Source: Klebsormidium nitens (taxonomy: Eukaryota > Plantae > Klebsormidiophyceae). Taken from it: 64,000 nt of DNA. Below the pieces are notes generated by a model. The model saw nothing but the letters and a program-made list of their open reading frames with translations, was not told where the DNA came from and searched no databases. Location of the stretch: NCBI GenBank assembly GCA_000708835.1, contig DF237359.1, positions 1 through 64,000 of the forward strand, read 5' to 3'. The translations under genes and the position numbers were made by a program. Below, piece after piece: positions 37,101-47,353 of this stretch. How positions within the stretch are numbered: position 1 is the stretch's first letter; every line of letters starts with the position of its first letter.

Positions 37101-40100
37101 GACCAAGACGAAAAACGGATTGAAGAAGATTTGAAGGTAAACGGGTAAAGAAGAAGCGGTCAGGCCAACGAACAATCCGATCGAGAAGAATTGAACTTGA
37201 GGGAAGCTTGAACGGAAGGAAAGCGTCAACGAGTCCGTATCTGGATATCAAAGAATGGAAGGCTTCAGATCTGTCAATCTGCGCGCTTTTCGCCCCGCTT
37301 TGCTCGAACATCTTCCGGCACTGTGAGCTACTGACACGGGAATGCAGGAATCGAGGACCAGAACCGGAACCGGAAACGGAACCGGAGTTGGAAGAGGTCG
37401 CGGGATATTTTCCGCGTCAACTTGTCCTGCAGTTTCAGAGTAGAGCTCTGACTCCCTTCCTCCATTTTGCCTGAATCAGTCTGCAAGTCGTCAGTGTGCC
37501 TAGATCAGCCAGATACCAAAACCGGAAGTCTAGAGTTTCGACTTACCAGGTTGGCCGCGGCTGCGACGCCGGAACCGGAAGAGCTCCCGGAGACGATCGT
37601 CGGGTTCGTGTAGTTGACAAACGTGGTGTTGTCGGGGAAAACGGAGGGAATCTCGGGGTAAGGGTTGCGGACGATCAGCTGGCCGCTGATGGAGTAACGG
37701 ACGTACGGATTCTGCACACACAACGGAGGCGGGTTAAGGCTGGGTTTAACGAACGGGAAAGTAGGGTTTGAGTTGTGGACTGTTTCAATATGAGGATTGC
37801 GGACGATCAGGTAGCTAGGCCCTATGATAGGTTGCTGCATCAGACGTACGGGTTCAGTACATGGAAAGGAGAGCAGATTAAGGCTCGTTTCGGAGAAGTT
37901 AACAGGTGGGTTGTACGTGGACAATTACTAGCTGTCCAATGAGCGCGCATGGAAGGAACGCACAGAATCTTGGATGACCGTGAAGGGGGGGTAGTTCCTA
38001 TCTTTCTGGGCCTCTGAAAGCGACTTCGACTCAGCTGGCAAAGACGTCACCAGCCGATGATGACGTCGGCGTGACGTCACTTACGTAAACTTGCCCCCCG
38101 CGGCCGGACCAGCCGGAGACGGAGCTGCCGCGGTAGTTGGCCCACTCGGAGAGGCCGAGCTTGCACAGGATAATTCCGCCCGCGTTCTTGATTCCGGTCG
38201 TGAGGTAGGCCTCCTCGTGGACGGAACCGAACAGGTTCCATGATCCTGAGCGGAATGGACGGACTGATCAGGAACGAATTCGAGATTGTTTTGGCCATAA
38301 CTCACCGCCCTACAATTGTTCTCTGCCTACTCAACCCTAGAGACCTGAAACGGATCATTCCCAAAATGTTACAGCAACGGAACGGATGAGCGGATTCCGC
38401 TAACCGTCAACTCTAAACCTTCCGAGCAGACGTGTCTTGTTTAGGGCGACCGGAACACCGCATACTTACAGAGAAGCAATGATAAACGGCTTCCTCACCA
38501 GCGGTGCACTCCATTCCGTCCGCGCACACGTTGTCCTTGAGGGCGACCGGAATTCCGTGCAGCTTGTTGAGGTTGCAGTTGGGCGCGCACGCCGCGCGCT
38601 CGATGTCCTTCGCGTCGGCGTCGGCCAGAGCCGTCGGGTTGAGCTCCAAAACGGCGTTGGTGGCATAAGCGGTCTGCACAAACAAGGTAATCGAAGTTGA
38701 CACCAGAAAAATGTTGGCTAGTTGAAAAGCGGTCAATTTTTGTGCCGTGTGATCAGATCGAAGTATTCCGTGCACACAAGACAGCGGAGAAGTGGAGAGA
38801 ATGGTCCCGAACAGCATTTTTTGATATGGAATATAAGTCTCGCATTTTCTGATATGTATTTGAAAGCACTAGTTCGATAGCGGACAACTGAAAAGCAGAT
38901 GTCCAAGCTGGTCGAAAGGGCAAAACCCGCGCTTGATACTCTTCCGAGTTAGCCGGTTAAGTTTGTCGGGTTAAAATCGCAAGCAAAGCTCGTGGGTTGC
39001 GTGTGCTGGACTAAGAACCAAGAAGAGACCTCCCAAAGCAATTTCAAAATCAGAAGATATACGAAGGACGCGAAGTTTCGTTTGCGGATCACGCAGAGCC
39101 GTCTTAAGCAACCACAATCTTGGAATAGTGGCGTCAGTGGTATAATATACGAACTCTCGAATTACCAAGGAGAAACGGAGCCATGAAAAGCATTACTCAC
39201 GAGCCCCTTGAACGTGCCGATGTTGTCATAGTCAGCGATCCGCTGCAGGTAGCACGACACCAGCAGGCGTGACGTCAGCTCGCCGGTCTTGAACAGTGCC
39301 TGCGCGTCATCGATCGTCAGCTCGATGATCTTGGAGCAGTCGAAGCTGGTCGGGCCGGAAGGGTACGTTCCGGCGGAAAGGCTGTAGCACGTGAATGTGG
39401 AAGAGGAGAAGCATCCGGTTCCGGTGGGGCAGCAGTATTGGGCGGAACCGTCTGCGGTGGTGCAGGTCGACGGGTAGGCAGAGGAGGTGCAGGAGCCGCC
39501 GGACAGCGGAATGCCGATGGCGTCTGCGGAATGGAACGGAAAGGGTGAGCGCAGTCCCGGTGTCAGAGCTGGATTTGCAAGGGACGGACACATAGTCCAC
39601 ATATAGGCCGGAATGGAGATTTGAGTCAGCCGCGCACAGGCAGGAGAATGTTCCAGGTCTGATGAGGCGCCAGAGAGCCCAGTTAATTCCGATTCAAAAA
39701 CGGAACGGACTAGAACTTTCTTAGCGCCGGAGGTTTTGAGACGAGAAGAGGTGAGGTTCCATTCTGAGTATCGCAAGCGGACAGCACGGAACCGGACAGG
39801 ATAGCAGTTTCACTGGCCATTGAACATTACAAGGAGCGGCAGAGAAAGAAGGATGCGCTTGGCGCTACACGCAAAAGAGGAACTCCAAGACGTCAGCAAA
39901 AGAATCAATCAGGAGCGGACCGGTGCCTTCCGAGGAAGAGCGGAAGGGGCGGACGGAATAGGGAGACGAGACAACGAGATGTCTAAAATGCAAGACCAAA
40001 AGCTGTTGAATTAGTAGAGAAGATCCAAACATAAGAGCAGACAGTCACGCAAAAGGAAGACACAATTTCACCAGATTCGACTGCGCCGCGCCGCGGCTAA

Positions 40101-43027
40101 GGGGCCAGGTGCTCATAGGCTTCCAGCTGGGGGATCCCCCACAAGGCTGGCCGGGCATTCAGTGGTCGCGACAGAAGTCGACCCGGCGATATACGCACCA
40201 AAAATAGCACCAGAATCCGTCAAACCCAGCCAAGGTTCTGATAAAAACAGAAGAACGGGGTTAAGTTTTAACGGGGCTTACTGGAATCAGTTCCTGCGGG
40301 GGCGGGTCCTGGGGCAACGGGGCTTTCCGTGGGGGGGCTTCCGGCCGGGCCGGGGCTTCCGGTGGTCGGGGCGGGAGTTGACCCGGCTGTAAACCCGTTG
40401 CTAACCGCAGTTGACGGGTCGGAGGGGTAGCTCGCAGACGCGGGGTAGCACGTGAAGGTGTCGCTGGAGAAGCAATTGAAGCCTGGGGGAGAAAATGAGA
40501 ATATAGAGTGCGGTTTCAAGAAAGCGATCCATATGTAGGGGTATCAGCTTTGAGGGTTAGCTCGTGATTGACGCGGGTAGCACGTAAAAGTGTCGATCGC
40601 TGGAGTAGCGTTTGAAGCCTGGCAGGGGGGGCCGGAGGAAAATGAGGGATAGGTTTCAAAGCTGTGAAGGAAGGGTTTACAGTAGAATAAGTTGAAGGGA
40701 AGCGCGCCGGTGTGCGAGGTAGCAGGTGTGAAGTTAGACGCTGGCATTTGAAAGCGGTTGAAGCGGAAGGCAAATCGAAGAAAGGGGTGATAGATGCCTG
40801 GCTTGAAATTGGGGCTATAGATACAGAAAAGAATCTTTGAAAGGAAGGAAGCCGTGCCGTGATGTAAAGTCTCACCAAATTAGAAAGCATTACAATGTCA
40901 TTCAGAGTTGAAGAGCTTAGGTCTTTCAACCATGGCCGGAACTGGAGAGATGATGAGAGGTTGGAGAGTAGATTCTGGAAATCCTGTAAAGGTGGGGGGC
41001 ATTGCGTTGTATTATCAGCCAGGCGGAGCCGGGTGGAAATGCTGGGGAGTAGATCTAGAGCGTTGCAAAGTGGGGGGTAAACGGGACAATCCGAAGCGGG
41101 CGCTCTGCTTGCAGCTAGTGGGAAGTGAAGGTGTCCAGTGATTTTGCAGCTTCTATTCACGTTTCTCATCTGCCGGACATAGCATAGGAGGTTTCGGTCC
41201 TTAACCAGGGATGGTTCTGGGCTGGTTAAGAAGAGGTTAATTGTCCAGTGACCAGACCAACCTTGAATTAAGGTTGAAGACTGGTTATCTGTCCAGTAAG
41301 CTGAGACTCAAGTCTGGTAAACAGCCTGGTTAGCAGCCAAACCTTTCTGTGTAGGCTCAGAGGACCACGATCTGGCGAGACAGCGCTTCCTTGAGTTACA
41401 GCAGACTTTGCAGTTTAGAATCTAGACAAGCCTTTCTGTCAAGTAGAAGCAGTACTCTCTGACAGCCACTAGAGATTTGCAGCATATTCGATTGTATTCA
41501 ATGTAGATCAAGGCTGATGTGGAGCATCTAATGTGGCCTTCTTTCTCTCACTGGGGCTCCGAACCCAGGTACGTATACAGAAACTGCCAAGGCAGGATCA
41601 GATCCGATCAGGGTCATGCCTTTACCCAGATAATGAGCAGCATTAATAGCCGTCTCAAGCACGTACAGTCTGCCAACGTTTGCAGTGCTGGCTTTGGAAC
41701 GATCCATACATAACCCGCATTTGTGAGTACTCAGGAAACGATCCTCAGAGTTAGCCTTAACCCACCTGATGGGCAGCAGTAACCGGTACTCCCTGAGGCG
41801 GTGTAGCACGTGCTCGGGCAGGACTGGAGCAGGACGCGGCCCGCTGACACCGATGACGTCAGCGCCAGCAGCAGGAGCAGGGGGACAGCTGCAGAAAGAT
41901 AAGCGACGGGTTTGAGCATACACTGTAGCAGAAGACTTTCGTGAAGCGCTTTTAAGAACAACAGGAGAGCAGAATGAGAAGGGCAGCATTGCTAGGGGGG
42001 CATCCAGGACTCGGCTTCAGTAGCAAACCATTATGAAGGGAAAGCTTGCATTGTCCTTCCACATGGAAGGCACTCTACAATGGGATTTCGTGCCACCCTT
42101 GGGGCTGGGGAAATAGGAAAATGGATGGACTTTGAAATTGGAACTAAAGCCCTTGCGGTGGTCTATACTCGTCCCTTACACATGCAACATTTTTAGATCA
42201 CCTCAAAGGCCGCTGTCTTTGCAGATCCTACGTTTCGGATTGCAAAGGGCTGCTTGTTGCAGCTAAGATCCAGAAGCCCACAGTTTCAAGTATTATGCTA
42301 TGTAAGGGTAGTCCCAGAGATGATTTGGTCCAATGTAGAAGAATAAGCAAAAGTTCAAGGAAATGCTTGATGCCGGATTATTGTGCCCAAGGTGGCTTGC
42401 GCGCGCAGATCTCACCCAGTGGAAACCGCAGTGAAGAAGAATGGGATCCCTCTCAAATTATGCAGGGCGTATAAAATCAAGCCCAGGTCTCATTGTTGCT
42501 CAGGAAGCGATTGAGTTGACAAGAGTGTCGGAGCAGAAATTGACTCCAAAAACTTAAGCAGCTTTTCTCATTGTGGGCGTTGTGGGATGCTCAGGCCGGT
42601 CAGCAGATCCGAACAGCCTAGCATGAGAGAATCAAAGAAACGAAATCAAGCACATGAGCGACCCAGCTGGTGAGTGGCACTCCTAGCCTATTCCTGGAAG
42701 AAGAGAGCTGGCAAAGCTCTTGTTCAGTACTTCAGGAATGGTGAACCTTGTTGCTTGTAGATCTCTTTGCTCAAATGAGTTGAAGCTGGTTCCCAGATTA
42801 GAGGCAAAACTGAAAAGGCTGTTCACTTCCACTTACTGATGAGCTGAACGAGGTGAAGCAACACGTGGCAGCACTTCATTGAACTACAAACCTGGCGGAG
42901 CTCGAGCCCACACCTATTCCGTAAGTCTGATCTGATGCCAATCAGATCACAAAACCCATGATCAAATCAAAGGACCGACCAAAGCAGCTCAAGAGAGCAC
43001 AGACATCTCACCTTTGATGACCGCCAT
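31173..43027 (-). CDS. Amidase signature family protein (resembles plant At4g34880-type/peptide amidase group), secreted, with N-terminal Cys-rich repeats, 15 exons, about 715 aa
   Basis: Exons 43012-43027, 41766-41888, 40282-40482, 39201-39523, 38499-38673, 38085-38245, 37547-37711, 36926-37068, 36308-36447, 35398-35485, 34127-34257, 33513-33578, 32514-32650, 31820-31923, 31173-31347 (2148 nt, all phases match). Motifs: [14 protein letters not shown]; [11 protein letters not shown] (catalytic Lys); [11 protein letters not shown]; NPY; [14 protein letters not shown]; [11 protein letters not shown]; [16 protein letters not shown]; [10 protein letters not shown]; FPSISVPG; [14 protein letters not shown]. 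Confidence 0.92.
32160..32450 (-). repeat. Two donor-side echoes of amidase exon 32514-32650
   Basis: TACCTGT(T/C)TGGCGCTGATG at 32511 (real), 32352 and 32190 (spacings 159 and 162), followed by GCTAAACCC.GT.GTG and CCAAGTCTGCTGG. Confidence 0.9.
34325..34410 (-). repeat. Decayed acceptor-side echo of amidase exon 34127-34257
   Basis: ACGG.T.GCGCCCT..GC.CTG.GCA at about 34241 (real) and about 34378. Confidence 0.5.
34478..34518 (+). repeat. (GCGGAA)n microsatellite in an amidase intron
   Basis: About six consecutive GCGGAA units. Confidence 0.85.
35290..35390 (+). repeat. About 100-bp A/G-only tract (long polypyrimidine tract on the amidase sense strand, just after a donor)
   Basis: gaaaaaagagaaaagagaaaaggaaaag...aaaaataataaag directly in the sequence. 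Confidence 0.8.
37780..37865 (-). repeat. Acceptor-side echo of amidase exon 37547-37711
   Basis: TTGCGGACGATCAG at about 37664 (real) and about 37797 (133 bp apart). Confidence 0.7.
40545..40770 (-). repeat. Two acceptor-side echoes of amidase exon 40282-40482 ([12 protein letters not shown])
   Basis: GGGTAGCACGT.AA.GTGTCG...TGAAGCCTGG at 40448 (real) and 40579, with a weaker copy at 40721. Confidence 0.75.
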
Positions 43028-44399
43028 TGTGCCGACCAGATCAGAAGCGAAGTCGCAGAAACAAGGGTGGCGGTGGTGCGCTGAATGTCTGATCCACCAA
43101 GCCCCGCGCATGCGCTCGCAACTTCTGGCTGTGCAATGCTAAAAAGGAGACGGCAGCTGCTCTTTTGATTTGTGGATCGAGCTGGATAAGATTCCTCGCT
43201 TTGTATCTCGAGACTCAGGAGTCAGGAGTTGTGGAGGTCGCACTCCGATCAGTGAGTGGTGTTTTGCACTAGGCAATGAAATGAGACTTGTGCTGAGCAG
43301 ACCGCCAGCTGGCAGTCTCTAGATAAGCCTTCGCAAATTCCAGCAGGCTGTCGTAAACAAAATCATCACGAACTGTCATGACTCATGACTGAAGCTCTGT
43401 GCAAACTGTCGCTCAGCTACGGTAGCTCTTAAAGCTAAGCACACTACACAAGTACCTACCTGTACAAGTCGATCTTGTCGCGCTCACAAATTATATCCGT
43501 ACGGTACCCTGAGTGCAAACCGGTGCGGCGAAGCGTACAAATTTTCAATCATTGGCCAAGGGACGTTCCCCCGACCGCTGTCGACACTTGACACTACTGA
43601 CCGGTACATACCGTAATGTGTACTTTGAACTTTTGCCGGCGCAGAGATCGAAGTCGTGTACAGGGAAAGTGAGCACATCCGATCCTTGAATGAGCTCATC
43701 TTGTACGCGGCCGCGCGGCCGCGAATCCTAGGTATGCCCGGCCCTGGATCGAAGAGCTGTAGCCTGGTACAGGCAACCAGCAGTTCAAGAATCGGACTGG
43801 GCCTGCCGCCAAAGCCTGACAGCCTACAGATTTGACGCTGACTTCGAGTTGCCAGGCCCGGCCCAGAGCTTGAAAGACACCGGGGTCCGGACTCGAGTCC
43901 GGAAGCCTGACACCAGAAGCTGATCAGGCTGCATGCAGTGTGCACTGTGCACTGTGCAGGCTCAATCTGAAATCTCGTCATCTTTTGGCAACCTGCCCCC
44001 CTGAAAAGTTGGGCGCACCAAAGTCATTCACCCCCGGGCCCCGTCCAAGGAACCGCCTACTTGTGGATTGAGTTGAGTTGGCACGTGACCTCATATGCCT
44101 ACGGCACAGCTATTTCTGCAAATGTCGTTACCTGCATATGCATTCTGTGCCAGCAGGTACTATGTATTTGGTGCGGCCTTTTGCCGACCCGTTCAACCTC
44201 CATTTGATTTCAAGGATAGTTATGCGAGTCAAAGGCACATGAAGCCATATTGCACATTGCAGAGGCCAGGCCTCCTGAAGCCTCTCCACATACCAATGCC
44301 GCACGGTGATCCCGTAAGATGAATGGTGTCATCCGCCATTTAAATTGTGCGTAGCACAGTGTGCCATATTGTACCGTATAATAAAGCGTCCGAAATTCG

Positions 44400-46270
44400 A
44401 TCACAGTACTACGACACGCAGCAGAGGCCCTGGCTTTGGCTTCTGGCCGGTAACATGCGCACCAGATCCCTTCTTTGGCGCCTGCCAGCTAATGGTCCAG
44501 CTCCGCGATGTTCAAGGACTCCACTTTCTGTTGATAAAAGGCTCACTTCTAGGGGCAGCTTTGCATCCCCGAATTTTCACCAACTCCAGGACTTCCGGAT
44601 GTGCTCAGCTCCCCAGGGTTTTTTGGCGGCATGCCGCGGCAGGTTCTCGTCTGCCAGATCTAGTTCGCCGGATTCACCACCGACTTTGCGGCTTTTCTGT
44701 GTACAAGTCTGAGGTGAGTCAGAACCATCTCAATGGCTGACTCGCCGGACCGACTCGCCCAGCGAGCGGCAAGTTTCGACAAGGTATGCCAAAGCCTTTC
44801 TGTCAGAGAGGCCAATATCTACTTGTCACTTAACGTTTCAAGGCTATATATTTAAGTTATAAGCCTCGTCGAGCTGTTGCTATTCTGAAGTTTTCAAGGG
44901 TCCGGCAATTAACCTTGTTGATGAGACTCTTGGTCCGCTAGCTGGAAAGCGACTAGTCCGGAGCAGTCCATTTATCATGCACGACGTGTGAGTACGCCTT
45001 ACGGATAGGATCAATCAGCCTCAGAGTCATTTTCTCAGCTTGCGCATCATCATTACATCACCAGATTCACTGTCTAGTGTTCTGGGCATTCGCAATTGAG
45101 TCTCCCAAAACCTAAGCTTGAAGTTTGTATTTAAGATTACGTGCGTCAGCTTCACTGGAGGACAGGCTAAGCCCTTCTTTGTTCGAACATGAAGGCCCGA
45201 ACGATGGAACGATACTGAGCTCGGAGGCGGCCGGGCCTCCGATGACATGAAGAAGAACCAAATGGTCAAAATTCATTCTGTCAGGGTGGCAGACGTCACG
45301 CACGTAAGTTCTGGTCCGCGTGTATCTATACCATATTGTGCCTTCTTCACTTATCGCAGCAAGGGTTGGAGCGGCCGCATGCAAAAAGGACAACCGCCGA
45401 GCGCAGACGATCACTGTACCACATGTTTCCCGGCGGGCGCCTCTCAGGACTTATGCTGAGTCGGGCTTCTGAAGCTGCTCTCACCAAGCGGCTTCATTCT
45501 ACATGTCATTTGGGTCTTCGCACCTTTCCGCTTTCAGCCTAAGTTCCGGTCAGTTTCGCCTGCATGAGCTCCGTTCCGCCAGCTTATAACAGCTGCCAGC
45601 AAAGCCAGCAACACCACAAACAAGTCTGACCTTATTGTTGATGCGAGTCGACTCGGAACGTACCCCCAACCTTTTTAGAAGACTGCTCGTTTCCATCAAT
45701 TGCCCTTCCTTACTAGTCTTGACTTCCATGTTCTCGGGTCCAATCTCGTTCAGGATCTGCCGTTCAATCCGCTCGTCCGTTTGTTTTTATTCCGCCGAGC
45801 CATCCGACTCTAACAAAAGGTCAAAACTTCTGCCCCAACACTGAGATCAGGCACTTTGTCCCACCCTCTTAACTAGCTCCGCCTCTTCAAACTTGCCAGG
45901 AGCCGTTTTCACTATCTTTAGATTTTCCGTCTGCCACTGCTTGTTTTTGGTCCTGGCGCGGAGGCCCAACCCAACGCGCAAACCGTGGGTGGCAGCTTCC
46001 ACGCCGTGCTCCTTCTCTGGCGGCTGAGTCAACTACAGAGGGAGCTCACCGCCTAAAACGGGCCTGACAAACTTTCGGCTCCAAAGTTTCCAGGGCCCTC
46101 GACGGGCTCCGTGCGCGACCCGCCGCCGAGGCTTTGAAGTCGCGACAAAGCATTGAGGGCAGACTTAATGCGCGATGCAATTGAAAGACGTCTAATTCCT
46201 GACTTCCGACAGTTTCTGCCCCTTGTTGGAAATCCGCAGTGCAATATATTAGAAGCCCTGAAAATTTTCA
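44400..46270 (-). pseudogene. Decayed coding-like remnant, possibly transposase-derived
   Basis: One minus-strand frame runs from about 46030 to about 45550 through two isolated stops (..GQSA*SQCWGRSFDLLLESDGSAE*KQTDERIERQILNEIGPENMEVK..). The downstream segment RMNFDHLVLLHVIGGPAASEL loosely resembles the end of a hAT dimerisation domain. No TIRs found. Confidence 0.25.
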
Positions 46271-47353
46271 AACGTGCGTTTTCATCTTTTATGAGAATCG
46301 AGTAATCACGGGTTCAACCATCGTTTGACATTCAGATAAGCAAAAAGTACGTGCGTGCTCGCCCACTGGCAGACCGTACATGGCATGCAGAACTTCGGGA
46401 ACACAGCAGGCCGCTTGCCAGTACGTTGGTCACATTTGGCGGCCGCGTACAGCCAGCAGCACTGCATGCAACAGCCTGTAGTCGCGCTGACCGTACGGGC
46501 GCGTGCATTTGCACATATACATTTCTTTTACTTGACCTTGATATCTACATGAGTACAATTGACGCGTATTTGCTAGTTGGCCGGGCAATTCAACTTCGGA
46601 AAATTGAAAGAGACTGTCAATGCATGATTAAACAACGAGCTTGGCCTGGTGCAGTGACACGTACTCAACGTCTGCATGCATTCAATGGCAATATACTATC
46701 TAATCAGTAATGAATTAAAGCAACGACCAGTAATTGCGGAGTCCAGATTCCGAATGACCGCGCGGACTATCTTGGTGATCCGGGTGGCACTGAGCTAGTT
46801 CCGGTGAAGTAGGCCCGGCCCGCTTCAATAGATTGAGGCGGTAATCCATCAGACTGGAAAACTCTGGCCGGTTGATATGAAGATCAAGGACTGCCTTCTC
46901 GACGTTCGACTGGCGATCGGGGATCAAAAGATTCGCCGTCATGGTCACCGGGTATCAGCTGCAAGTGGGCCGCGCAGCACAAGCCATGGGCGGCCATCAC
47001 AACCGGACTGGACCCCTGCGGCCATGTGGGCGGCACCATACAAGGATGGTCTACATACAAACGTGGCCTGGCCGCCGATGCTCTCAAAACGGGGAGAAGG
47101 GTCATTGAATAGAGCTCGCAAAGCGGATCTCGGATGAACATCAGAATCTAAGCATCAATGCCCGGTTTTGAACCTAGTCCACCGTGACAATGGATATACC
47201 TTAATGGTCAACCAAACAGCTTCAACTCAAGCTTGCACCTTGACGTCTGCAAAGCGGCTCCCCTCGAAGCAAAAATCTTAAAACTGAAACCGGAACCTGG
47301 AATCAAGTATAACTGCAAACTGATTACGTCACAACTTGTATTCCTGTCACAAA

